Shown here: piece by piece, positions 29,097 to 38,998 of the stretch
Layout: each line of letters starts with the position of its first letter
Position numbering within the stretch: position 1 is the first letter of the stretch
Assembly: GCA_036140815.1 (NCBI GenBank)
Contig: JAYZXX010000009.1
Coordinates: 2,648 to 66,647 of the forward strand
Source: Bdellovibrionota bacterium
GTDB lineage: Bacteria; Bdellovibrionota; Bdellovibrionia; Bdellovibrionales; UBA840
Direction: 5' to 3'
DNA length: 64,000 bases
The notes under the pieces: generated by a model
Databases searched by the model: none
What the model was told of the DNA's origin: nothing
The model's input: the letters and a program-made list of their open reading frames with translations, nothing else
Position numbers and translations under genes: made by a program

Positions 29097-29876
29097 TCAA
29101 CAAATCTGGCTACACAAAATTTCTTTGCCAGAAACTAAAAGTCTTATTTGATTCGACATCTCTTGTACCAGTTTTGTCCTCACAAAACTAGCGAAATAAA
29201 ACTGTCCCTGAAACTCAAAAGCATGAAAGTCTTTCACTTCTTTTGATTCAAGGAATGAAACAGTGTCAGCCTGAGAAATAGGCTCCGATGATCTTAAAAC
29301 AAGCAGTTTCTTAGGCACTTGGCCGATGCTTAAAATTTTATTTACAACTTCTTGCCCAGGATAACATCCTTTGTCATCAGAGACGAAATTAAGATAAGAA
29401 TCACTTTCGATGATAATATGATTCTCCATAAAATCCAGACTTGGAATTCCGATTAAAAACCTTAGTTTTTGGAAATCAGTAAAATCTAGCTTTATATAAC
29501 CAGTAGTATCCACCGGTATTGTATCAATCACCGAAAGGGAAAAAGCATTTTGCACCAATAGAGCAGACTCATCTTCACTAGTTTCAGCCTTAGTAATTAC
29601 GCAAAATCGATTATCAATAGATTCTTCAAATACTAGTTTTACATCTTCCGCAAAAATTCCATCTTCTAATATTTGCCAGGCCTTTTCTTTATAGACCTCT
29701 TCAAAAATCAATCGATACTCATTCTCTTTGATTGTTTCTACGAAAAATATCATTTTAGGATTGGCCTTATAATCAAGAATTGCCGCGCCAAATATTTTTT
29801 GTGAATTGGGCAACTTATTACTGAGCACTCGATTTAACCAATCCTGTGCTTCAGAGCCATTAACCACTATTGCCAT
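29097..29876 (-). CDS. ygfZ: YgfZ/GcvT-like folate-binding protein
   Basis: The KGCYPGQEVVNKI motif matches the K-G-C-Y-x-G-Q-E signature of YgfZ/CAF17. ATG at 29876 gives MAIVVNGSEAQDWLNRVLSN. The track start at 29915 is probably too long. Confidence 0.65.
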   Translation of the reverse strand: MAIVVNGSEAQDWLNRVLSNKLPNSQKIFGAAILDYKANPKMIFFVETIKENEYRLIFEEVYKEKAWQILEDGIFAEDVKLVFEESIDNRFCVITKAETSEDESALLVQNAFSLSVIDTIPVDTTGYIKLDFTDFQKLRFLIGIPSLDFMENHIIIESDSYLNFVSDDKGCYPGQEVVNKILSIGQVPKKLLVLRSSEPISQADTVSFLESKEVKDFHAFEFQGQFYFASFVRTKLVQEMSNQIRLLVSGKEILCSQIC

Positions 29877-29915
29877 ATATTTTGAAAAGTCATATAAATA
29901 CAAAAAACACCTCAA

Positions 29916-30656
29916 TTATTTTCCATTGGGAATTAGCTCAATTTCTAATCCCCCTAGATCCTCTACTTGAACTCCAGAAGATTCCTTAATTTTTTCAGTC
30001 TCCGACTTTTGCATCTTTTCTATGGAAAGTCTATCTGGGGCAGGAATTCGGCTGAGAATTTTTGCAGGCCTTTTTTCCTCAAAAGCACCTTCATACTGCA
30101 TTTTCTCAAATACACCAAAAGGATCTCTAGGCTTTAATATGTTTGAATAACTAAAATATTTTTCTAAAAACTTAGGAAACGAAATAATCATTTTACCAGA
30201 ATTCCAAGCAGCACTAACATCTAAGAGATACATCTTAAGGGAAGGGTCAATTTCTTCTAAATTCACTAGAGCCATTTTTTCCAGCAGAGTCTTCCAATCT
30301 TCATAACTCAAGACCCTTTTATCGAGCTGATTGCGTTTCTCTAGAAGGTGTTCAATGAAACTTGCCTCCAACTTTAACCTTTTCTTTTCCTGAAGGTTTT
30401 GTCCAAGCATAAAACTTTTTTGCCGATAGTATTTTGCCGATAACTTCTGATCTTGCATTTTATCAAAACTAGCTGAATTGGCTATTTCTGTATTAACCTC
30501 ATCGAGTTTCCGGTAAGTAGAATTGAGCATGAGCTCTAAAGCGGAAGTCTGCATAGTCTGAGAGCCAATCATAGCAAAACTCTCCCGTTCCAAAACAAAG
30601 AGGAAAAATATGAAAATCAGCAATTTATATTTTTTTTCATTCCCAGATTTATCCAT
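29916..30656 (-). CDS. Secreted hypothetical protein
   Basis: Hydrophobic N-terminal segment YKLLIFIFFLFVL...SFA. The stop abuts the ygfZ-like gene, consistent with the same operon. Confidence 0.5.
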   Translation of the reverse strand: MDKSGNEKKYKLLIFIFFLFVLERESFAMIGSQTMQTSALELMLNSTYRKLDEVNTEIANSASFDKMQDQKLSAKYYRQKSFMLGQNLQEKKRLKLEASFIEHLLEKRNQLDKRVLSYEDWKTLLEKMALVNLEEIDPSLKMYLLDVSAAWNSGKMIISFPKFLEKYFSYSNILKPRDPFGVFEKMQYEGAFEEKRPAKILSRIPAPDRLSIEKMQKSETEKIKESSGVQVEDLGGLEIELIPNGK

Positions 30657-30857
30657 TACCGCATTTTAACGATAAGTTTTAAAATCCCATAGAACTATAG
30701 ACCACTAATCATTCATAGAAAAAAAATTACAGCTGCCTGTCTAGAGATTAAACGCTGAACTCAAAAACCTCTTCTCAATTCTATATATTTTTCATTTTTC
30801 CCTAAGCTTTTAAAAAAACAAGAGAATCAATTCAAGCCATGCTTTATAAATAGATTT

Positions 30858-32210
30858 ATGAGAGGGAAACAATTAAGTTCTAGCATTAGAGGCATCGCTT
30901 TTTTAGCGTTTTCTATCTTATTTACCTCCCCTATATTTGCCCAAAACTATTCCTTTAAAGACCTAAGCCCTCAAGACTTCCAAGTTTTGCCAGAGGATTT
31001 ACAATCACTGCATAAACAAAATGCTTTGGTCAGAAATTTGATCATTCGATATCCGAATGGAGTTATAAAAAAATCAATCTTCATTGGATCTCCCAATGCT
31101 CCAATCATCAATGCCATGGGCGGCACCTTTACAAACAGTCTCTACATGAGAGAATATGCCTTAAGACAAGCTTTAAAAATAGAAAGCAATTTAAATTACA
31201 CATCTCAAAACTTAGCCATGGCGATTCGAAAGAAAAATTTTGCCATAAATTTGACAGAGCCAAGTGGCTTTGGAAATCAACTCACTGGTGTAATTCATTC
31301 TTCTGAGAGTCAAGAATTTGGAATGATAGAAATGATTGCTGAACACCTTTACACCGTTAATGTTCTATCAGAAATATCTGGTTACAAGGTTTTAAACATT
31401 GGACATAGTCTTGGTGGATTTATCATAGATTTCTCTTCTATCGGTGTAAAAACTGATTCCAGAGGGAGACTATTCTTAGATCATGATTATGGAAATGAAA
31501 TCGCAAAAAAAACAAAGGGAAACATATTATTAGGGACACCATTTGCATTGGCACATCATGACTTTGATGCAAGCTTAATTCCACTCCTAACTATCATCGG
31601 CCCCAATATCGTGGATCAATCTCCAAAGATTCAAAAAATCTATACTTGGTTATACGAAAATAAAATTTTAAAACCTAAATACCTACATTTGCCTTTAAGC
31701 CAACTTCAAAAAACTAGTTCCACCCTCTTACCAGGTTTATTTAGTAATTTAAGCTTAATCCCCCTGGTAGATTTAAAATATTTAAGGGCGCAAGATTTGC
31801 ACGAATTAGCAAGGAATACTCTCTCAAACAGCTACCCACTAAAAATACTGAAGGAATTTAGCCTAATGTTAACTGATGGCGACTTGAGGGTTCAGTTTGA
31901 AAACCATAAAGATATGAGTTTAAGAGCCTTATATAAATCAGGAAATGTCCAAGCAAAGATTCCTAGCTTTATCACTACTAATTTGCAAGATCCCGTTTCT
32001 CGCCCTAAAGACCTCCTTATGCATAGCACTTTTTTAAAAGCTTTAGGAGTCAAAAGCGAGGACCTTCTACAAGAAGGGGGGCATATGAATTCAGCGCTAG
32101 GAATATTAATCGTCGATAGCGTCGAGGCTGCGGCAAAAATGTTTCAAAAAATAGAGAGCTCTCTTGAAACACAAGAGAGCTCTAGATATTGTCGAAAGTC
32201 TGCGAGCTAA
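30858..32210 (+). CDS. Secreted alpha/beta-hydrolase (lipase/esterase-like)
   Basis: Signal peptide IRGIAFLAFSILFTSPIFA. Nucleophile elbow NIGHSLGGF (GxSxG). Confidence 0.6.
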   Translation: MRGKQLSSSIRGIAFLAFSILFTSPIFAQNYSFKDLSPQDFQVLPEDLQSLHKQNALVRNLIIRYPNGVIKKSIFIGSPNAPIINAMGGTFTNSLYMREYALRQALKIESNLNYTSQNLAMAIRKKNFAINLTEPSGFGNQLTGVIHSSESQEFGMIEMIAEHLYTVNVLSEISGYKVLNIGHSLGGFIIDFSSIGVKTDSRGRLFLDHDYGNEIAKKTKGNILLGTPFALAHHDFDASLIPLLTIIGPNIVDQSPKIQKIYTWLYENKILKPKYLHLPLSQLQKTSSTLLPGLFSNLSLIPLVDLKYLRAQDLHELARNTLSNSYPLKILKEFSLMLTDGDLRVQFENHKDMSLRALYKSGNVQAKIPSFITTNLQDPVSRPKDLLMHSTFLKALGVKSEDLLQEGGHMNSALGILIVDSVEAAAKMFQKIESSLETQESSRYCRKSAS

Positions 32211-34172
32211 CTAAGCTGTTTTTCTCGCTTTTTCTACAAGTTTATCTAAGAAGGTAGCCATCTCTGATAGTTCACTAGCAGCTGCAAGAGTTTGCTCTGC
32301 ACCCGCTGCGCTTTGAGCAGCCGCTTCATTCACTCCAGCAATTACTGAAGCAACTCCTTCTACCGCCACACGAGATTCAGCGATGATTCTGGAAACCTCA
32401 TTAGCCGTAGCACTTTGCTCCTCAACAGAACTTGCCGTACGAATAGAAATTTCACTCACTTGATCAATGGCCTGGTTTACGCCGGCAATAGACTCAACGG
32501 CAAGATCACTGTTGCTTTGAACATTGTTGATCTTAGAAATGATATCTTCTGTAGCTTCCGCAGTTTGCTTGGCTAGTTCCTTGACCTCATTGGCAACAAC
32601 CGCAAAGCCTTTTCCTGCTTCACCCGCTCTGGCCGCTTCAATGGTAGCGTTCAACGCTAAAAGATTTGTCTGCTGCGCAATGGACGAAATTACCTTGATC
32701 ACTTGACCAATTTCTTGCGAGGCAAGCCCTAATTCATTCATAATTTTAGATGCTTCCCCGGCTTTACTTCTTGCTTCCGTAGACATCTCAGAAGACTGGT
32801 TAGAGGCAACCGATACCTCTTTAATCGAAGCACTCATTTCCTCTGTATTTACGGCAACGGATGAGACTTTTTCTGTAACAAGTTTTGTGTTCTCAGAAGC
32901 CTCTAAAGAGTCTGCAGAAGTTTTCCTTGCTCCCTCAGCCATATTTGTAGAAGTGGCTGTTAACTCTTCAGCAGCGGCTGCAAGCTTTTGCGTAGCTTCA
33001 CCGAAACTATCTACCAAATGAGTATAAGCTTGTCTTTCCTCTGTTAAATCAGTGGCAAATTTGATCACTTTCACAACCTTACCATTCAAATCAAAAAGTG
33101 GGTTATAAGAGGCTTGAATCCAAACTTCCTTTCCACCTTTACCGAGTCGACGATATTTTCCAGCATCAAAAACTCCAGATCTTAATTTTTCCCAAAAAGC
33201 TTTGTACTCAGCAGATGCTGCGTATTCTTGATCGGCAAACATACTATGATGTTGCCCTTTTATCTCCTCTAAGCTATAGCCCACAGTATCTAAAAAATTC
33301 TTGTTCGCATCTAAAATAGTACCATCTGGTTCAAACTCAATGACTGCCTGGGCTTTATCGATGGCATCCATTTTTGCTACAAAATCATTATTTTTTACCT
33401 TTTCTTCGGTGATATCAGACGCAAATTTTACTACCTTGTATACCCGACCTTTTGGATCTAAAATTGGGTTGTAAGAAGCCTGAATCCAAACTTCTTTGCC
33501 ACCCTTTCCTATTCTTTTATACTCGCCAGAATCAAACTCCCCGGAGCGCAGCTTATTCCAAAGGGCTTTGTATTCAGGAGTATCTGCAATCCCCGGCTCA
33601 CCAAACATACTATGATGTTTTCCTTGGATTTCATTCAGGGAGTAACCCATCGTTGCCAAGAAATTTTCGTTGGCGGTTAAAATGGTGCCATTGGGTTCAA
33701 ATTCAATTACTGCTTGAGATTTATCAATGGCCGCTAACTTCCCTTCAAACTCAGCAAACTTTTCTTTTTGTTCAGTAATGTCCGTGGCAAATTTAACTAC
33801 ACTTACAACTTTTCCATTCTTAAACACTGGATTGTAAGAGGCTTGAATCCAAATTTCTTTGCCCGTTTTAGTATACCTACAGTATTGCTTTGCCTCGAAA
33901 TTTCCTTCTCGGAGATTCGCCCAAAAAGCTTCGTACTCAGCTGATTTAGCATAGTCTTTGTCTACGAAAATCCTGTGGTGTTGGCCTTGTATTTCTGATA
34001 ACTCGTAGCCTAATGCACTTAAAAAGTTTTGGTTGGCACTGAGAATATTTCCATGTGGATCAAATTCAATCACTGCTTGGGATTTATCCATTGCCTCCAC
34101 TCTTGCTTTATAATCAATTTCTACCTTTTCGTGTTTTTGATTTAAGTCTTCTGCTGCACTAGATTTCCACAT
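32211..34172 (-). CDS. Cytoplasmic methyl-accepting chemotaxis protein with three tandem PAS domains
   Basis: Three modules of about 120 aa repeat: (A)IDKSQAVIEFxPxGTIL.AN.NFL...GY.L.EI.G.HH..F...(K)E(V/I)WIQASYNP....G....VVKFA.DIT. No TM segment is present. The signalling hairpin is [37 protein letters not shown]. Confidence 0.9.
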   Translation of the reverse strand: MWKSSAAEDLNQKHEKVEIDYKARVEAMDKSQAVIEFDPHGNILSANQNFLSALGYELSEIQGQHHRIFVDKDYAKSAEYEAFWANLREGNFEAKQYCRYTKTGKEIWIQASYNPVFKNGKVVSVVKFATDITEQKEKFAEFEGKLAAIDKSQAVIEFEPNGTILTANENFLATMGYSLNEIQGKHHSMFGEPGIADTPEYKALWNKLRSGEFDSGEYKRIGKGGKEVWIQASYNPILDPKGRVYKVVKFASDITEEKVKNNDFVAKMDAIDKAQAVIEFEPDGTILDANKNFLDTVGYSLEEIKGQHHSMFADQEYAASAEYKAFWEKLRSGVFDAGKYRRLGKGGKEVWIQASYNPLFDLNGKVVKVIKFATDLTEERQAYTHLVDSFGEATQKLAAAAEELTATSTNMAEGARKTSADSLEASENTKLVTEKVSSVAVNTEEMSASIKEVSVASNQSSEMSTEARSKAGEASKIMNELGLASQEIGQVIKVISSIAQQTNLLALNATIEAARAGEAGKGFAVVANEVKELAKQTAEATEDIISKINNVQSNSDLAVESIAGVNQAIDQVSEISIRTASSVEEQSATANEVSRIIAESRVAVEGVASVIAGVNEAAAQSAAGAEQTLAAASELSEMATFLDKLVEKARKTA

Positions 34173-34178
34173 TTAGAT

Positions 34179-34270
34179 TCCCCTTTTTCTATTGTCACAA
34201 ACGATTTCACTCGATTTTTCTGAGCTTAAACTCTTTAAATTTCAAATAACTTTCGTAATAAAAAAGGGGA
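34179..34270 (-). promoter_or_regulatory. Possible SD-sequestering long-range pairing in the 5' leader of the PAS-MCP gene
   Basis: On the minus-strand RNA, UCCCCUUUUU (34270-34261) is perfectly complementary to AAAAAGGGGA (34188-34179). The latter contains the AGGGGA Shine-Dalgarno 6 nt upstream of the ATG at 34172. Confidence 0.3.
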
Positions 34271-34355
34271 AACTTTACCGATTGGCAAAAAGCTAACAAG
34301 TATATCTCAAATTAAAACATTATAAGGCTAGAAACTAGACTAAAAAAATAGAAAA

Positions 34356-36572
34356 CTATTCTCTTTCCACACCAATAACGCCTTTGATTCTTTGCACATT
34401 TTGAATCACCATGGCCAGTTGACTTGTATCTCTAACTTGAATGTCGAAATGAAAAACCGCTTTATGGTCCTTGGTAGTACGAATTCTGGCGTTAATAATA
34501 TTGGCATCAGCCGAACTAAATGCATCTGAAATCTTTCGCAATAATCCAGGCTCATCTTGGCTTAAAATTCTTACCTTCACATTATTAGTTTGGTTATGGT
34601 TATCTGACCAGTCCACATCGATCTGCCTTGAGGCATCGATCTCATAGGCTTTAGAGCAAGTAGATGTATGAATCGTCACCCCTCTTCCTCTAGAAATAAA
34701 GCCAACAATGGAGTCTCCAGGGATTGGATTACAACATTTTGCAAAGCGAACCATTATATCACTCATTCCATCAACACTAATGAGTGAGCCTTTTTTCTTA
34801 GACTTTTTCTGAGCTGATTTAAAAACCTTATCCAAGAAACTCTGGTTATCTTCTTCTGTAGTTTCAGGAGTGTTTTCCTGTGGTAATAAGTCTGGATTTA
34901 ATCCTTTTACGATGTCTTCAACAGAAACTTTTCCGTATCCAACAGCGATATAAATTTCATCCTCACTCTTATATCCATTTTTTCTTAAAAATTCTTCTAG
35001 GTGAGCTGCTTCAAAGAGCCTTCTCACCGAAATCCCCATTCGGCGCAGTTCCTTTTCGAACAAATCCTTTCCTAAAACCAAACTACGCTTTCTCTCTTCG
35101 GACTTAACATAGGCGCGGATCTTAGACTTGGCTCGAGCCGTGACAACGATATTTAACCAATCCTTACTCGGAGTTTGATTACTAGAAGTCATTACGCTTA
35201 CGGTATCACCGGAACGAAGTCGGTACTTTAAGGGTACAATTTTACCATTAACCTTAGCGCCAACGCATTTTGAACCAACGTCAGTATGAATTGCATAAGC
35301 AAAATCCAAGGGGCTAGAGCCTTCTGGTAGTTCTTTCACGTCCCCTTTTGGGGTGAAAACATATATCTCTGTTTCGAATAAATCGGTTTTAACATTTTCA
35401 AGATACTCATCAGAATCTTCACCCTGTACACCAGAGTTTTCTAAGAAATCCCTTAGCCAGCGAAATTTCTTTTCAGTGTCAGCGGCAATTTGACCTTTTT
35501 CTTTGTACTTCCAATGGGCCGCGATACCTCGCTCAGCAATCAAATGCATTTCTTCCGTACGAATTTGCACTTCAATTCTTTGCGCATTAGGACCAATCAC
35601 TGTTGTATGCAAACTTTGATAGTTATTACTTTTTGCCAAGGCAATATAATCTTTAAATCGGCCTGGGACAGGCTTCCATTTGGCATGAATGCAACCAAGA
35701 GCTGAGTAACACTCACCCACTGTATTGGTTATAATACGAAAAGCCATTAAGTCATAAATTTGTTCAAACTCTAAACCTCTTTGCTCCATCTTTTTATAAA
35801 TAGAGTATAAGTGCTTAGAACGCCCTTGAATTTCTGGGTTTAGCTGAACTTCTTTTAATTGTTCCTCTAAATCACCAATTACGTGGGAGACATACTCTTC
35901 ACGCTCTTTCTTTTTTTGATTTACCTTTTGCACCAAATCATAGTAAATCTCTGGACGCATATATCTAAATGATAGATCTTCTAACTCCACCTTCAATGAA
36001 CTGATACCGAGTCGGTTAGCAAGTGGCGCATAAATATCAAGAGTCTCTCGCGCGATACGCTCTTGTTTTTCATAAGGCATATGATTTAGCGTTCGCATAT
36101 TATGAAGGCGATCGGCAAGTTTTACTAAAATCACTCGAATGTCGCGGCCCATGGCTACGATCATTTTACGAATGTTTTCCCCTTGCTTGTGATGAGTGTT
36201 GCGAAATTTCATTTGCGAAATTTTCGTTACCCCGTCAACAAGGTCCATTACCTCTTCGCCAAATTCTCGCTTTACATCTTCAAGAGTAATGTCCGTATCT
36301 TCTACGGTATCATGAAGTAATCCGGTAATAATGGTTGCTTGATCTAAACCTAGATCCGCTATAATTCCGGCTACTCCTAATGGATGAGTTATATACGGGT
36401 CGCCACTTCTACGAAATTGACCTTCGTGGGCTTTTTCAGAAAATTGGTAGGCTTTTTTAAGAGTATCCGCATCAATGTTAGGAGAAAGCTCTTTGGCTCT
36501 CTCCACAAGTTGATCGATACTCTCTAGATGAATGGCGCTGATGTGTTCAACGCTGCGCTTACCAGCCATCAC
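34356..36572 (-). CDS. rel: Bifunctional (p)ppGpp synthetase/hydrolase (RelA/SpoT homologue)
   Basis: HD domain: HPLGVAGIIADLGLD...LLHDTVEDT. Synthetase: RFKDYIALAKSNNYQSLHTTV. TGS: VFTPKGDVKELPEGSSPLDFAYAIHTDVG. C-terminal ACT-like region. Confidence 0.95.
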   Translation of the reverse strand: MMAGKRSVEHISAIHLESIDQLVERAKELSPNIDADTLKKAYQFSEKAHEGQFRRSGDPYITHPLGVAGIIADLGLDQATIITGLLHDTVEDTDITLEDVKREFGEEVMDLVDGVTKISQMKFRNTHHKQGENIRKMIVAMGRDIRVILVKLADRLHNMRTLNHMPYEKQERIARETLDIYAPLANRLGISSLKVELEDLSFRYMRPEIYYDLVQKVNQKKKEREEYVSHVIGDLEEQLKEVQLNPEIQGRSKHLYSIYKKMEQRGLEFEQIYDLMAFRIITNTVGECYSALGCIHAKWKPVPGRFKDYIALAKSNNYQSLHTTVIGPNAQRIEVQIRTEEMHLIAERGIAAHWKYKEKGQIAADTEKKFRWLRDFLENSGVQGEDSDEYLENVKTDLFETEIYVFTPKGDVKELPEGSSPLDFAYAIHTDVGSKCVGAKVNGKIVPLKYRLRSGDTVSVMTSSNQTPSKDWLNIVVTARAKSKIRAYVKSEERKRSLVLGKDLFEKELRRMGISVRRLFEAAHLEEFLRKNGYKSEDEIYIAVGYGKVSVEDIVKGLNPDLLPQENTPETTEEDNQSFLDKVFKSAQKKSKKKGSLISVDGMSDIMVRFAKCCNPIPGDSIVGFISRGRGVTIHTSTCSKAYEIDASRQIDVDWSDNHNQTNNVKVRILSQDEPGLLRKISDAFSSADANIINARIRTTKDHKAVFHFDIQVRDTSQLAMVIQNVQRIKGVIGVERE

Positions 36573-36626
36573 AGTCCTTATAGTAAACTATTTAGTTACA
36601 GACCTATCGGCATAAATTGATAAAAA

Positions 36627-36866
36627 TTAACGGTTTAGATCCGCTTGAATTTGATCTTCCGGTTCTCCAAGCTCTAAATCTGGCTCAAAAAACACAGTTC
36701 CTTTGGCAACTTCACGTAAAGAAGTAACAACTTCTTTGTTTCCAGAGCCTTTTACAGTTGGTTCCGCACCACGAATGATTTGTTTCGCGCGCTTTGCCAC
36801 TAACATTACTAAAGAAAAACGATTGTATGTTTTATCCAAACAATCTTCAACGGTTACACGAGCCAT
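36627..36866 (-). CDS. rpoZ: DNA-directed RNA polymerase subunit omega
   Basis: [30 protein letters not shown] is the canonical RpoZ N-terminus. Confidence 0.9.
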   Translation of the reverse strand: MARVTVEDCLDKTYNRFSLVMLVAKRAKQIIRGAEPTVKGSGNKEVVTSLREVAKGTVFFEPDLELGEPEDQIQADLNR

Positions 36867-36894
36867 AGGTCCTCCTGAGCGGCGTAGATTATCC

Positions 36895-37452
36895 TTATTT
36901 TAAAAGATTATCAATAATTTTGTCGAATTCAGCATAAGCCTGGTCAAAATTATCATTGGTAATTTGGTGGTCAAAATCTGGCGCCCGAAGCATTTCATCA
37001 ACAGCATTGGCTAATCTTAGCTCAAGATCATCGGTCTTACCTTTTCTCGAAGAAAGCCTATGACGCAGCGTCTCAATGGATGGAGGTAAAATAAACACAC
37101 TTACAGCCTCAGGGTATTCCTTTTTTAGGTTTTCAGCGCCCTTTACATCTACATCCATCACAACCCAACGATTAACCGCCCAATGCTTTTCTAACTGGGC
37201 TCTTCCTGTCCCGTACAAGTTTCCATGCACTTCGGCCCATTCCGCAAAAAAATTATCCGCCATTTTAGAGCGAAAATCTTCTTCCGTTAAAAAGTAATAT
37301 GGGTTTCCATCTACTTCGCCATCTCGAACATTTCTAGTGGTATAACTAATGGAATGAACAAAATGATCCGGTCGCTCTTGGATCAAGCGGTTGATAAAGG
37401 TGTTTTTTCCTGCCCCACTAGGAGCTGCAATGATTAACAGTTTAGCTTTCAT
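36895..37452 (-). CDS. gmk: Guanylate kinase
   Basis: P-loop: [12 protein letters not shown]. Also [19 protein letters not shown]. Confidence 0.95.
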   Translation of the reverse strand: MKAKLLIIAAPSGAGKNTFINRLIQERPDHFVHSISYTTRNVRDGEVDGNPYYFLTEEDFRSKMADNFFAEWAEVHGNLYGTGRAQLEKHWAVNRWVVMDVDVKGAENLKKEYPEAVSVFILPPSIETLRHRLSSRKGKTDDLELRLANAVDEMLRAPDFDHQITNDNFDQAYAEFDKIIDNLLK

Positions 37453-37453
37453 C

Positions 37454-38335
37454 TTACTCTACATTCTGTACTATTTCGCGGATTCTTTCAATCATCCCTT
37501 TGGATTCTACAATGTGCTTGGTTATGGAAGAGTGTTGAGATTTAGATCCAATGGTATTCACTTCACGAAGCAGTTCTTGGGAATAAAAATCAAGTCGCTT
37601 ACCCACAACAGCTTCTTTTGCCTTTAAAAGCCTTTTAAACTCTTTAAAATGCTCTTTTAATCTTAAAAGCTCTTCGGTGATATCTGCCTTATCAATCTGA
37701 ATCACCACTTCTTGTGCGATTCTTGCTTCGTCCATATCTGATTTTAAACCAAATTTTTCTAGACGAGAGTGCAGGCGTTTTTCTAAATCAGCATTTGCCT
37801 CTTCTCTGTAGGCAGCAATTTGCTTCACCTCGTTCTCTAGAGAGCCAAGGATGGAATTTAAATCCTCAGCGATGGCCTTGCCTTCCCGAACTCTTTCTTT
37901 TTCACAAGCCGTCAGCAATTTCTCAAGGCTACTAAAAAGAAAGTTCTTTTCAAGCTTACTGAGCTTAAGATTTTCTTCCACATTAAAAACCCCAGGAACT
38001 TTTGCCAATGTGGGCATTTCTAATTCCTCAGAAATTTTTAAATTTTTTGCCAATGCCTTATATGCCTTAGCATAGTTTTTTGCTAAATTTTCATCAGCCA
38101 CCACATTGGCCGAAGCCGACTTACTAAGCTTTTTGCGATGTACATATAAGTCTACAGAACCGCGTTTTAGCTTTTCTTGAATATTCTTTTTAATCTCAGA
38201 TTCTACCGGATAAAAATCTGGCGGAAGATGTGGTTTAAATTCAAAGAAACGTGAATTTACACAACGCACGCGGAGACTCAATTTAAGAGTTTCTATTTCT
38301 GCCTCAAGGGCGGCAAAGCCAGTCATCGATTTCAT
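37454..38335 (-). CDS. yicC: YicC-family stress-induced protein
   Basis: N-terminus MKSMTGFA and C-terminus EVNTIGSKS...IVESKGMIERIREIVQNVE are typical of YicC. The yicC-gmk-rpoZ-rel order is conserved. Confidence 0.85.
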   Translation of the reverse strand: MKSMTGFAALEAEIETLKLSLRVRCVNSRFFEFKPHLPPDFYPVESEIKKNIQEKLKRGSVDLYVHRKKLSKSASANVVADENLAKNYAKAYKALAKNLKISEELEMPTLAKVPGVFNVEENLKLSKLEKNFLFSSLEKLLTACEKERVREGKAIAEDLNSILGSLENEVKQIAAYREEANADLEKRLHSRLEKFGLKSDMDEARIAQEVVIQIDKADITEELLRLKEHFKEFKRLLKAKEAVVGKRLDFYSQELLREVNTIGSKSQHSSITKHIVESKGMIERIREIVQNVE

Positions 38336-38509
38336 GAATGAAGTATAGGGATTTGGAAGCCGAAACGCAAGCCTAAGCTACTGAAATTGCTTCAAAGCAG
38401 AGCGATTCTCAAAGTTTTACCGAGACTTGATAAACCGGACAAATAGCCTTAGTTCATTCTTAAACCAATAAAATGCTCTGTCTTAGCCAATGCTTTTATA
38501 CTACCTCTA

Positions 38510-38750
38510 TTAATTGCGAATAATGAGTCTTCAAGTCTTCAAATCGCTGTGTGAATTTACAAAAACTAAGAAGCAGGTTCGGACAAAGAAAATGTTTTTA
38601 AGAAATACAAACCGGCCCCTTTAATTGCGGATACGCACTCCCTAAGTCATTGAACTATAAGACAGAAAATATACCATAGAAGTTCTTAATTTGAACAAAA
38701 CTGGAGATTCTAGGGAAATTAGTACTTTGCAGGTTTCCATCCGCAATTAA
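38510..38750. repeat. Three copies of the 12-mer TTAATTGCGRAT (two direct, one inverted) in a non-coding region
   Basis: The copies are TTAATTGCGAAT at 38510-38521, TTAATTGCGGAT at 38621-38632 and ATCCGCAATTAA at 38739-38750. Spacings are 111 and 118 bp. No ORF of 60 aa or more lies in 38336-38928. Confidence 0.5.
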
Positions 38751-38998
38751 GTAGACCAATTGAAGCCATTCATCCATGATCAAAGTCCCGATTATTTATG
38801 CCCTAAATATCTCAGCCTTCCAACAAAACAGCTTGTGCATTTTCTCCTAAGCAATATATAATTTATAAATCTTTTACATCCTTGAAATTACCATGTGGGC
38901 CACCAGAGTATTTTTTTTAGCAGGAAGCCTAAACCTGCAGCTTTTGTTGTGAAAGAACAAAAAACTTGTTAAAAAAACAAGCAACAAAAGAGGACAGA

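Noticed and set aside
32211-34172. The ~360-nt periodic repeat noticed at DNA level was checked as a possible CRISPR or tandem-repeat array.
   Set aside because: The repeats are in-frame, diverged PAS-domain duplications inside one long ORF. There is no short identical repeat/spacer architecture anywhere in the window.
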